A stretch of DNA of 62,889 nt, counting the filler, from Chiloscyllium plagiosum (Eukaryota), in NCBI RefSeq assembly GCF_004010195.1. It is 3 parts of one record of this genome, joined end to end, with 100 filler letters (N's around TTAATTAATTAA, not from the genome) between each part and the next. Parts side by side here need not be neighbours in the genome. Positions count along the whole stretch, not along the records: positions 24,931 to 39,007 come from NC_057712.1; 2 more parts are not named here. One strand, given 5' to 3'. Position numbers and translations under genes: made by a program. The number at the start of each line of letters is the position of its first letter. Position 1 is the first letter of the stretch. Under the pieces are notes generated by a model. It did not search any database, was not told the origin of the DNA, and worked only from the letters and a program-made list of their open reading frames with translations. Of this stretch, positions 25,902 through 37,939 are shown in pieces.

Positions 25902-25995
25902 AATTCCTGAAGAAGGGCTTATGCCCGAAACGTCGATTCTCCTGCTCCTTGGATGCTGCCTGACCTGCTGCGCTTTTCCAGCAACACATTTTGCA
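25902..25995 (+). ncRNA. Penelope pLTR fragment with intact minimal type-I hammerhead ribozyme motif
   Basis: CTGAAGA (25907-25913), stem II GGGC-TTAT-GCCC, then GAAAC-GTC (25927-25934) with palindromic ACGT. Confidence 0.7.
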
Positions 25996-26109
25996 GCCTT
26001 GTATGCCTTGCCTGCAGAAATGTACATCCAAATGCTTCTTAAGTGTTATGAGAGTTTCCATTTCTGCCAAATGGCAGTTTGTTGTTTTTTTCCTCCACTT
26101 TAGTGATTT

Positions 26110-26475
26110 TTTTTGCCAGTAAGTGTATTATTGATGGTCTTGAGGGTTTCCTCTAATTTGCTTCATTTAGTGATGTCATCCATATAGCGGACCTAAAGTT
26201 TGGGTTGGATGGTTGGCAGAGCTGTTTGTTTGAGTCTCTGCATTACTGCCTCAGCTAAGAACCCTAATATCGGGATCCCATGGGTGTTCCATTTGTTTGT
26301 CTGAACGTTTTGTTGTTGAAGATGATGTGTGTGGTAAGGCGTAGGTCCACTAGCTTGACAATACTGTCCTTGCTGATGAAATTGGTGGTGTTTGGTGTAC
26401 ATGTCTTTGGTTCTTCTAATAGTGTAGTCAATGTTTCCTTGGCCAGATTGATGGATGTGAACAGGGCTGTAACAT
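26110..26475 (-). mobile_element. Penelope-like RT fragment (different family)
   Basis: VTALFTSI, FRQTNGTPMGS and RYMDD motifs. Confidence 0.82.
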
Positions 26476-26910
26476 TAATTTCATTCATCTCAATTGTGTC
26501 CCCTCTCAATCTCCTCTGCTTTGAGGAAAACAACTCAGTTTATCCATTCTCTCTTGGTAACTGAAACTCTCCAGCGCAGGCAGCATCCTGGTGAATCTCC
26601 TCTGCACCGTTTCCAGTGTTATAAATCCCTCCTATAATGTGGATTTCAAACTGCACACAATACTCCAGCTGTGGACAAACCAATATTTTGTACAATTCCA
26701 GCATAATCTCCCAGCTGTTAAACCCTGTGCCTTGACGAATAAAAGCAGGAATACCATGTGCCTTCTTAACCACTTTATCCACTCGTCCTGATACCTCATG
26801 GACCACAGTACATCCACACCAATGTGCTTCTGATCTTTGGTGCTTCCCTGGGTCTCACCGTTCGATACGTATTACCTTGTTTTTCTGCCCAAGTGGGTCA
26901 CCACACATGC
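26476..26910 (-). mobile_element. CR1 fragment
   Basis: VDKVVKKAHG...LEYCVQF motif. Confidence 0.8.
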
Positions 26911-27371
26911 CTGATGATTTGGAAAAAGGTCATAAGAGATTGAATTGGAACTTATTTCAGTCTCAATGGAAAATTATGAATTAGCTACAGAATTAAATAA
27001 GAGTCCAGAATAAATATGAATCACAAGTCTTATCAAAAATGGGTTGTAACTGCTATAAGCTGTATTGGAGCTCAGGCCTTACCAAGGAGACTGGAGAAAC
27101 GTTATCAGCTTTGAAGACACATTTTGAACCCTCAGCTCATGTTACTTATTAATGGGATGTGTTCAACAAAATTATTTGAAGTTTGCATTACATATAGATA
27201 GGGTGGTTAAGAAAGCTTGCCTTTCATTGCTAAGACCTTTGAGTATAGGAGTTGTGATGATATGTTGTGTTTGTACAAGACACTAGTGAGGCCTCTTCTG
27301 GAGTGCTAGAAAAGTTCTGATTGCCCGGTTTTAGGAAGGATATTATTAAGCTATAGAGGGTTCAGAAGAGA

Positions 27372-29050
27372 CATCACAGGTTCTAAAAACAGACAGCGCA
27401 AGATAGCAGATGATAACATACCCCTCCCACATTGTCTCAACGCCTTCTATGCTCGCTTTGAGCAGAATTTAGGCGGAAAGGTAACACCTATTCTGACAAG
27501 TCCTGATGAACCTATCCCAGCAGTCACTGCTTCAGAGGTCAGATCAGTTTTCCTTTGTGCGAATCCAAGGAGAGCAATGGGACCAGACGGAATACCAGGC
27601 CGTGCACTCAGAGCATGCACAGATCAACTGGCAGAGGTCTTCTCAGACATCTTCAACCTCACCCTGCAGCAGGCCACTGTCCCTGCTTACTCAAGAGGGT
27701 CAACATCATCCCTGTGCCGAAGAAGGCTCATACAGCATGTCTCAATGACTACCGTCCAGTGGCCCTAACTTCGGTGGTCATGAAATGCAGGTCATGGCAT
27801 TAATCAACTCCAGCCGCCCCACTACTCTTGACCCACTCCAATTTGCCTCTCGGACCAATAGATCCATGCCAGATGCCATATTATTTGCCCATCATTCCTC
27901 CCTAGAACATCTCGACACCAGGAACAGCTATGTAAGAATCCCACTCATTGATGACAGCTCAAACGTTCAACATTATTATCCCCTCGAGACCTTTTACTAA
28001 ACTTAGTGATCTCGGACCGAGCCCTACTCTGCAACTGGATCCTCAGTTTCCTGACCCACAGGCCACAATCAGTGAAGAGTGCGGACAATATTTCATCCTC
28101 ACTAACACTCAAAACTGGAACCCCCCCAGGGTTGCATACTCAGCCCCCTAATGTACTCACTGTATACCCATGAGTGCGTTGCCAAATATAAGACTAATGC
28201 TATTTACAAGTTCGCTGATGACACCACCACAGTCAGTCGAATAACAGATGGTGATGAAACAGACTACAGACGGGAGGTGGAAGACTTGGAAAAACGGTGC
28301 ACTGAGAATAACTTAGCTCTCAATGCCGGCAAAACCAAGGAACTCATTATTGACTTTCAGCAGGATGTTACTCATGCCCCCCTACACATTAACAGCACAG
28401 AGGTGGAACGAGTGGAGAGTGTCAAGCTCTTGGGAGTGGTCATCCACAACAAGCTTTCTTGGACTCTTCGTGTGAATGCACTGGTTTCAAAGGCCCAACA
28501 ACGTCTCTTCTTTCTCAGGCAGCTGAGGAAATTTGGCATGACGGCAAATATCCTTGCCAACTTTTATAGATGCACCATCGAGACCATTCTGTCTGGATGT
28601 ATCACTACCTGGTATGGCAACTGTACTAGTCAAGATCAGAGACAGTTACAGAGAGTGGTGAACTCGGCCCAGACAATCACAAAGGCCAACCTCCCATCTA
28701 TAGAATCATCTACCAGGCCCGGTGTCAAGGAAAGGCCACCAGCATTCTCAAGATCTATCCCACCCTGGCAATATTTTTATACAACCTCTACCATCTTGGA
28801 GAAGGTACAGAAGCCTGAACACATGCACCAGCCTGTTTTGTAACAGTTTCTACCCTACTGTTGTTAAAATACTGAATAGACTCACAAACTCTTAACACTC
28901 ACCTGTACCTGTGTTTTTGTTTGTGCTGCTGTTTACCTATTATTCACTATCTGTGCGACTTAACTCTGTGATCTGCCTGTATTGCTGGTAAGACAAAGCT
29001 TTTCACAGTGCCTTGGTACACGTGACAATAAATTCAATTCAATTCAGTTC
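27372..29050 (+). mobile_element. Rex1/Babar-type LINE (RT and 3' end) inserted in a CR1
   Basis: [43 protein letters not shown] and KAQQRLFFLR motifs; AATAA-(ATTCA)n tail; AAGAGA duplication at 27366-27371 and 29051-29056. Confidence 0.9.
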
Positions 29051-29458
29051 AAGAGATTTACCAGAATGATGTCAGGAATGGAGAGTTTCAGTTATAATCA
29101 GAGGCTGGATAGGCTGGGACATTTTTCACTGGAGCATAGGAGGTTTATAAAATCATGACGGATTTTGATAATGCGAATAGCCAAGGTCTTTACCCTTAGG
29201 GTTGGGGATTTCAAGACTAGAGGCATATTTTGAAGGTGAGAGGAGAAAGATTTAAAAGACACCTGAGAGGCATTTGGACACAATATTCCTGAGACATGTG
29301 TATGTTCTTTTCCTAGGATTTTTGAACTCTCGTTTTCCAGCCTTTTTTGTATACTGTTTTCCTGGGATGTTTAGACACTGCTTTCTCAAAGCTATATGGT
29401 AATGTTTCCTCTGGCCTGTTGAGGCACTGTGAATGTATCTTTTCTATTCTGTACCAGG

Positions 29459-29481
29459 ACTACAAATCCCAGGATTCATTG
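29459..29481 (+). promoter_or_regulatory. ZNF143/THAP11-type (ACTACA-n-TCCCA) promoter motif
   Basis: ACTACAAATCCCAGGATTCATTG in a short non-repeat island, with a GTAAGT donor-like site downstream at 29758-29763. Confidence 0.5.
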
Positions 29482-30344
29482 TGATGAACTCTGCGCTGCA
29501 GTTGGAACAAACAAGTCCAAGTTGCTGACAAAAAGGCTGTGGTTCGTATCAGATACTGATTTTTTTTTGTTGTGATTCCAGTTTAAACGAGATATTCCTA
29601 ATTCTGTCTGTAAACTTTGGAGAGCTAAAAGTGAGGTTAGTACATGCAGGAAATCGCTAGATAATGTTTCTTTCTAATTACTGAACTTTGGATTTTGTGG
29701 CTGCGGGATGATTGATTTCTGTGGATCAGTTTAGCATGAGTTCAGGGCTCAGGCGCAGTAAGTTTTTCACAATGTTTGATGACAGTTTGAATGGTCAAAA
29801 TCCACCATTTAACACAACAGTTATAAGAAAGGGTGGATCATGCAGTCCCTCGATCGACTCTGATCGTGGCCTCAACTCAGTCTTCTTGCCTGTTGGCTAT
29901 GAATAGAATTGCCAGTGGCAGAGGCCTGAAATACTGGTCACTGACCTGCACGCTGCTGGACAAATTCCCTGCCAACACAATGAACTAAAACAAGAAACAT
30001 TGAAGAAAAGAAAGGATTGGGAAGGTGATTCAGGAGATGAGTGACAGTAATAGGGTGGTTGTTATGGGGGACTTTAACTTTCCTGATATTGCTGGAGAAA
30101 CTCTGGCACTCTGTGGAGACAAAGCAGAGTTAATATTTCGTGTCCAGTGACCCTTCTTTGGAAACTTCTTCAGGGTTTATTTTGACTAAAATAAACATGC
30201 AAAACTACTACTGCTGTAATTTTCTTCACCATTGTTCTGGTCCCAGCTAATGTTAATATGGGACAGGTCAGATCCCAGATGGAAACCTGGTTTGATAGAT
30301 CTTTTTACTTGGTTTTATTGAGGTGGTCTCTCATTGAAACATCG

Positions 30345-32583
30345 AATTGAATTGAATTTATTGTCACGTGTATCGAGGTACAATGAAAAGCAAGCAATAC
30401 AGGCAGATCACAGAGTTATGTAGCACAGATAAGTAAATAATAGGTAAACAGCGACAAAAACACTAGTATAGAGTTTGTGAATCCATTCAGTATTCTAACA
30501 ACAGTCAGGTAGAAGCTATTACAGAACCGGTTGGTGCACGTGTTCAGGCTTCTCTACCTTCTCCCCGGGAGTAATGCTGGAAAAGCACAGCAGGTCAGAC
30601 AGCATCCATGGAGCAGCAAAATCGACGTTTCGGGCAAAAGCCTTTCATCAGGAATGAGGTAGTGATACCAGGTAGTATATCCAGACAGGATGCTCTCGAT
30701 GGTGCACCTATAAAAGTTGGCAAAGGTATTCGCCATCATACCAGATTTCGTCAGCTGCTTAAGAAAGAAGAGACATTGTTGGGCCTTTGTAACTAGTGCA
30801 TTCACACAAAGAGTCCAAGAAAGCTGGCTGTGGATGACCAATCCCAGGGGCTTGACACTCTCCACTCGTCCATCTCTGTGCTGTTAATGTGTAGGTGGCA
30901 TGAGTAACAGTCCGCCGAAACTCAATAATGAATTCCTTGGTTTTGCCGGCATTGAGAGCTAGGTTGTTCTCAGCCCACCGTGTTTCCAGATCTTCCACCT
31001 CCCGTCTGTAGTCTGTTTTGTCACCTCTGAGATTTGACCAACTGTGGTGGTGTCATCAGCGAACTTGTAAATGGCATTAGCCTAGTATTTGGCGACGCAG
31101 TCATTGGTATACAGTGAGTACATTAGGGGGCTGAGTATGCACCCCTGGGGGGCTCCAGTTTTAAGTGTTACTGAGGATTAAATATTGTCCGCACTCTTCA
31201 CTGATTGTGGCCTGTGGGTCAGGAAACTGAGGATCCAGTTGCAGAGAGTAGGGCTTAATCTGAGATCACTAAGTTTAGTAATCAATCTCAAGGGCATAAT
31301 AGTGTTGAAGGCTGAACTGTCGTCAATGAGTAGGATTCTTACATCGCTGTTCTCGGTGTCAAGATGTTCTAGGGAGGAGTGAAGGGAAAGTGATATGGCA
31401 TCTGATGTGGATTTGTTGCTCCGATAGGTAAATTGGAGTCAGTCAAGAGTAGTGGGGAAGCTGGAGTTGATTAATGCCATGACCAGCCTTTCAAAGCACT
31501 TCATGACCACCCAAGTTAGGGGCACGGTCATTGAGACATGCTGCATGATCCTCCTTAGACACAGGGATGATGTTAGCCATCTTGAAACAGACAGGGACAG
31601 TGGCCTGCTGCAGGGAAAGGGTGAAGATGTCTGAGAAGACCTCTGCCAGTTGATCTGCGCGTGCTCTGAGTGCATGGCCTGGAACTCTGTCTGGTCCCAT
31701 CACTTTCCTTGGATTCACATGAAGGAAAACTGATCTGACCTCTGATGCAGTGACTGTTGGGATAGGTTTGTCAAGATTTGTCGGAATTGGTGTTACCTCT
31801 CCGCCAAAATTCTGCTCAAAGGAGCATAGAAGGTGTTGAGATGATCTGGAAGGGATATGTCATTGTCTGCTATCTTGCACTGTCTGTTTTTAGAACCTAT
31901 GAAGTCATTCAGTCCTTGCCCTAGTCGCCAGGTGTCTGTCTGGGTCTCTTGTTTGGATCGGTATTGATCCTTGGCTGTCTTCATGGCTCTGCGAAGGTCA
32001 TACTTGGATTCCTTATATTTCAATGGGTCTCCTGATCTGAAGGCCTCACACCTGGTTTTTGGCAGGTTCTAAAGGTCTTGATTCATCCAGGGTTTCCTGA
32101 TGGGGAACACCCGGATTGACTTCCTCAGTATACAATCCTCCACACACTTGCTGATAAAGTCTGTGACGGTGGTGGCGTCCAAGGTACCTGCGGACTGTTT
32201 GAACATGGCCTAATCGGCCGATTCTAGACAACACCAGAGTTGATCCTCTGCCTCCTCCAACCAGTACTGGACCTGTATCCGGACAGTGTCTCCTGCTTGA
32301 GCTTTTGCCTGTAAGCTGGGAGAAGAAACACGGCATTGTGGTCGGAGTTCCCAAAATGAGGGCGGGGCATGGAGCGGTAGGCATCCTTCACAGTGGTGTA
32401 ACAGTGGTCTAAAATGTTTGGGTCTCTCGTGGGGCAGGTAATGTTCTGGTGGTACTTGGCCACACCTTCGTTAGATTGGCTTGATTGAAGTCACCAGTCA
32501 CAATAAACAGGGCCTTGAGGTGTTCAGTCTCCAGGATGTTAATGGTGGAGTACAGAACACCCAGACCTTCCTCAACCTTTGCT
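30345..32583 (-). mobile_element. Second Rex1/Babar-type LINE (endonuclease C-terminus, RT and tail), same family
   Basis: GDFNQANL, LDHCY and FGNSDH endonuclease motifs. RT is colinear with the 27372 copy and has the same (ATTCA)n tail. A PLE fragment sits at 30573-30655. Confidence 0.9.
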
Positions 32584-33499
32584 TGTGGCATAAGCCCACA
32601 CGATTAAAGTATTTAAATGTTTAGTTTTAACAACAAAACAGAAGTTTATTTCACAAAAGGAATGAATAACAGATACAGTAAACCAAACTATGCACACATA
32701 ACACAGACTTGAAGATTTTGAAACAGTGTAAAAATATTGACTTATTAAAATCAAACATTTTCATTCACAGATCCCAAAAACACTCACTTCGAGTGCTCAT
32801 ACCAGAGGGAATCTCCTTCTCTATCAGCCCTATAGGGCTTAATTTAACTGTGACTTCAACTCCTAGTCTGGAGAATCTGATAGCCTCTGCCTGGAACCGT
32901 CATACACCTGAGCTTAAACTTTCTCTATTTCAAATAATCCCTTCAAGATTTTACCCAAAACACCTCTGGTCTGGAGCTATTATTAAACCTTTCACCATGA
33001 GGTAATTTTTTTTAAACAAATCTGAACCAATTTCTCCCATCTCAAGCAAATGTTTTACATATTGAGCTTCTGATAGCAGCCCTGCAGAACTCCCCAAATT
33101 GAAAATAAAACTGAAATGTTTCTTTCTAATTTGTGGGTGTTTCTCCCAACTCAAACCAGAAACGAGTCCAGAATCTTCCATCAGGAAGTCTGAAGTACTA
33201 CATTATATGCTTGGTTTGCTTGTAAACTCTCCCATTGTAAACAAAGCCCATTAGTTCCTGGAGACTACTTCTCCTAAACTGTATTAAGAAAATCCCCATA
33301 GCTGCATTAATACCTTTAAATTAATCATTCAACCCCTTCAGGCAGACAGAACACCCATATGCTACAAGTTCAAAATTCAAAAATCCGATCTCAAAAATAA
33401 ATGTTATCAAAATATGTACAAATCAAACACCTTACATCACACAATAATAATCATACCAACAATTGATATGTTGCAGAACAACTAACACTCATAATGTCT

Positions 33500-35125
33500 A
33501 ATGACAATGTCAACAACTTAAAGTCAATGTATCCACCTTGACCTGGCTGTCATGGAGTAAACACGAAAACATGGAGCATTACTGAATGATATGGAGCACT
33601 GTCAGGAAATAACTGACTTAATGATTGTGAATATTTTTGAGAGGTTTTGCGGCAAGTTTCAGATATCTTTCCACACACTCGTCTAGCAATGCTTCATTGC
33701 AGAGGAAGAGTTAACAATTTTCATTTTGCTAGCCTTTTCCCACTGTGTGTCAATGTCAATCTCTTTAAGATTGCATGCATGAACACTGGCTCAAGGTCCC
33801 TGAAAGGACTTGCATTGACATTCAGATATTCTGTTTCAAAGTCAGATCTCTTTGCAAGTATTCCTTGACTCCTTCAGAGAAAGCTTAAAACGTGTTTCTC
33901 TGACATTTTCCTGGTACATCTGGTGTTATTGTTTAGCCTGATATTTATTAAAACCAAAAGAATTCGATCTGAAACTCATCAGCTTATATGCTCAGAGGAA
34001 GGACACTGATTAATTTGATCTCTGAAACTTCAAGATTGTCTATGAACCATTTCAGAGCATTACTGAGAAAGTCATGTTCGGCCATTTTACTGACAATCAC
34101 CAAATCAGTTCTATAATATTTTTCAGCACTCTTCCTCACCCTGAAAGAAACTGGTCATAGATTTTCAACATTTCAATACCTGGCAGAAGAGAAACTGTTC
34201 AGATTGTAGCAGCATGGTGGCTCAGTGGTTAGCATAGCTGCCCCAGGGTCCCAGGTTCGATTCCAGCCTTGGGTGACTGTGTGGAATTTGCACATTCTCT
34301 CGGTGTCTGTGTGGGCTTCCTCTGGATATTCTGGTTTCCTCCCACATTCCAAAGATGTGTAAGCCAGGTGAATTGGCCATGCTAAATTGTCTATAGTTGT
34401 TAGGTGCATTAGTCAGAGGGGGGTGGGTTACTCTTCGGAGGGTTGGTGTGGACTTATTGTGCCAAAAGGCCTGTTTCCACACTGTAGGGGATCTAATCTA
34501 AGAGTGCACTGGAATCAAGGCCACACCATGTACCAAAAGTGGAAATGTCTTGTTGAATCATCAAGAATGGTGAATTTGTTTCTCTTTTGACTAGAATAAA
34601 AGGGATTTTCACCAGACTTTTCAATAAACTGAAAATGAACACATTTATTACAGGCAAATGTATCCTTCAAGCAAGTGGTAAACTGTTAACCAACCATGCC
34701 ACTACGTATGCCCTATAATCCCATGCGTGCACACATTCATTCACAGGCAAGACAAAACCATTCACTGCTGCAGACTTATTTGGGTGAAGGGGAAAAAATG
34801 GCAAAAAAAGGGGAAAGAAAAACATCCTTGTAGGTCAAGTGGTAAATTCAAGTAATAAAAATGGATGTATTTCTCATTGTTCCTTTGAACTCCCTCAATT
34901 ACTATGTTCTGTTAGCAGAAAAGAGTGAGCCTGGTCCTTGAGAGTGATGCCTTTTGCTTCAATATCACAGTTTCTGACAGTATACCATGTTGCATTGAAC
35001 AAAGTATGAGCCAGACAGTTGACTGCAACAATATCCTTTTAAACATGTTTCAGTTTTTTACAAGCACTATTGTGCTTCCCATAATTAACATTTGTGTTGT
35101 CTGTTAAATGCATGAAAAGTCTTCC
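33500..35125 (-). pseudogene. hAT transposase fossil split by later insertions
   Basis: Manual minus-strand translation: DNTNVNYGKHNS...VNCLAHTLFNA (about 34990-35105), FLSNALKWF..LE, LAKRSDF, and PQNLSKI...SISFSNAPCFRVYSM (hATC-like, about 33550-33655). Confidence 0.7.
34209..34500 (+). mobile_element. HE1-like SINE
   Basis: TGGCTCAGTGG A box, GGTTCGATTCC B box and ATCTAATCTA tail. Confidence 0.88.
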
Positions 35126-35459
35126 TGGACATGATTAATGGTACTGAGTTTGGATATGGAACAGATTAGGGAAGAGAAATAAACTGAAACCTAATTTCCC
35201 TTTCCTTCCTGACTGCAGTCAGTGTGGTACTGACAAAGGAGCTTTGGTGAATTTCTGCATTGCATCTTGTGACTGTGCATTAGTGGTGGGTGGACTGCAT
35301 GTTGAATATTGTGGATGTGGTGCTATTCAATGGGCTGCTTTGTCCTGTTTAGTGTGGAGGTAATTGATACCCTCCCCATCTCTTTATGTAATTGGTATTG
35401 AGAAATCTCTCAATCTCACAAATCAATTACTGAGCTTCCACAACCCTCTGGGGTACTGG

Positions 35460-36951
35460 GATTCATAACCATTTGGGTCAAAATATTTCTCCTATCTGGC
35501 TTGATATTGAAGCCTCACAGTCGAAATGTCCTCTAATTAATTTATTATTTATGGACAAGATGAAATCCATGATCCAGCAATGCAATAGTCCAATTATCTT
35601 GAATATGGTGAAAGCCTGGAGGATAATGAGGCAAGACAAGGGCAATTGGTTTAAGACTTTGCCATTTACCCCTTTGGTTGGAGCCCAAGGATTTAAACCT
35701 GAGGCAATGGACTCCGGCTTTAAGACATGGGAGAACAAAGGCATTCTATGTTTGGGAGATTTATTTGAGGGAGATGTCATTTAGTCAGTTAAGTCAGAAA
35801 TATGGATTGTCCAATAAGGTTACTTTTACAATACTTCCAGATAAGGGATTATACAGAGGAAGACCACACTCCTGGCCCAATGTTATAAATCAGATGCGGA
35901 GAAAAGAATACTCCAGTGTACGGGTACTCTTTCACTTAGTACTTTATATCATTTACAGAAAGGCCGTGCTCTGGGGGATATGCAGGACTCTGTAAGATGT
36001 GGAGCTGAGAGTTAGGAGAGGACATTTCACCGGAGATATGGGAAGACATCTGGGGGAATGTAAGGAAAATTTCAGTATGTAACAGAGCACAGGCTATGCA
36101 ATTGAAAATCTTACACAGGGATCATATGACACCAGAGAAGCTAGCTAAGTTTAAGAGAGGAGTGTCACCAGAATGTCTCAAATGTAAAATTAATATAGAC
36201 ACTCTCACACATTGTTATTGGTCATGTTGCAAGATCCAAAGATATCGGAGTGCTATAGCAAGGGAGCTAAAGGACATTCTGGGGATTGAAATTAACGTGG
36301 ATCCAGTAATTCTTCTTTTGGGGTTGCCATATTTGCCCTCTGTGGGGGAAGAGACTGTAATATTCTTGCCCATTGTGTGAGGAAGAACATTCTACTGAAT
36401 TGGATGTCAGAGAAACCATCAGGTCTTATGGGGTGGCATAAGCATCTCCCCCGAGATTACCTCACAAATATGGTGCACCATAAAACGGTACAGTTTTATA
36501 GGATGTGGTGGTCCTTTTAAAATTATATTGAAGCTGACTTGTCGGCAATACTAGTCAGGGCCATGGTATAACTGTGGGAATCTTCATGGGGCCCCGGGAG
36601 GAGACTGGAAGGAAAAGAGTATGGGTACTGTAGGGGGTACTCCCAGGGATGGGAGCCTCAGTGGAGGTGTGATGAGTAAGATAGAATTAAGGAGTGAGAT
36701 ATTATTTAATTTAAGTTATTTGAATGTAGTTTAAGTTAGTCTTTATTTAAATGTTTATAGTTCAGTTTTAGTTAAGTAATATGTTTGTTTTGGTAGAATA
36801 GTGGGTTATTTATTAACAATGGTACTATGCTATGGCCTTGTTCTTTGTACTTTTTTTTCCTGTTTTGATGGCGTTATTCTTTTTCTTTATATATAAATGC
36901 TTTGTAAAAGATTTAAAAAAGATTTTTTATAAAAATATTTATAAAAATAAA
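35460..36951 (+). mobile_element. L1-clade LINE 3' portion (ORF2 C-terminal zinc knuckle, 3' UTR, A-rich tail)
   Basis: QLKILHR...SPECLKC....TLTHCYWSC.KIQ (zf-RVT type) and FKTWENKGI motifs. Inserted into a minus-strand CR1. Confidence 0.85.
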
Positions 36952-37669
36952 ATTCTCCTCATCTTGGTCCTAAATTTAAGTTCTGCTCCTTGGTTCTTGA
37001 CTCCCCAGCCAGGTGAAACATTCTTATCTTCATCGACCCTGTCTATCCATTTAGTATTTTGTAAGTTTCAATTAGATCATTTGTTCTTTGCAATTCTAGA
37101 AAATATAGTCCCAGCTTCCACAATTCTCTTTCTCGCATTTTCTTGAACTCCTCGATGACAATAATATTCTTCCTTGAGCAAGGGACCCAATAATGCACTG
37201 CAGGTGAGGTCTCACCCATATATAACTGAAACAAGGCTTTGCTTCTCTTGTGACAAATGCTATCATTCGGTTAGCCTTCCTAATTGATGCTGTGTCTGCA
37301 TGTTAACCTTTGTTGGTTTGTTAATGAGAACATTTCTAATCTGTTATGATTTATGAAATGTTCCTCATGTCAAATTTTTCATTTTTCCAATCTGTTAAAT
37401 ATGTTCTTGCTCACTCACTAACTCTGGACAAATGCTCTATGCATCATTCCAACCTAGTTTTCTCTGACTGATGTGTGAAAAAAACATTTAGTTCACACTT
37501 GCATATATGGGGCACTAGTACTGATGCTTGCATTTTCCCACTCGTCACAGACACTTTCCATACTATTAAAACTCTTTGACTCCATGACTTTGGGATTTGG
37601 AATATTGAATCCCAAACACATCAGTTTCACTAATTTCTCCAACATAAGATGGGTCAGTTTTTGTCCACT

Positions 37670-37938
37670 GTGTGCAGTATGGTTTCTTGACACAGTACGT
37701 AGACAAGCCAATAAGGGACGAGGCCACATTGGATTTGGTATTGGGTACAAACCTGGCCAAGTGTTAGATTTGGAGGTTGGTGAGCACCCTGGTGATAGTG
37801 ACCACAATTCGGTTATGTTTACTTTAGCGATGGAAAGGGATAGGTATATACCGCAGGGCAAAAATTATAGATGAGTGAAAGGCAATTACGATGTGATTAG
37901 GCAAGACTTAGGATGCAGAGGATGGGGAAGGAAACTGT
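37670..37938 (+). mobile_element. CR1 endonuclease fragment
   Basis: LDLVLG and GEHPGDSDHNSV motifs. Confidence 0.8.
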
Positions 37939-37939
37939 G

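Noticed and set aside
28151..28843. 230-aa ORF as a domesticated gene (also 18582-19301 and 8563-9399)
   Set aside because: Residual open stretches of frameshifted Rex1/CR1 reverse transcriptases with typical TE tails.
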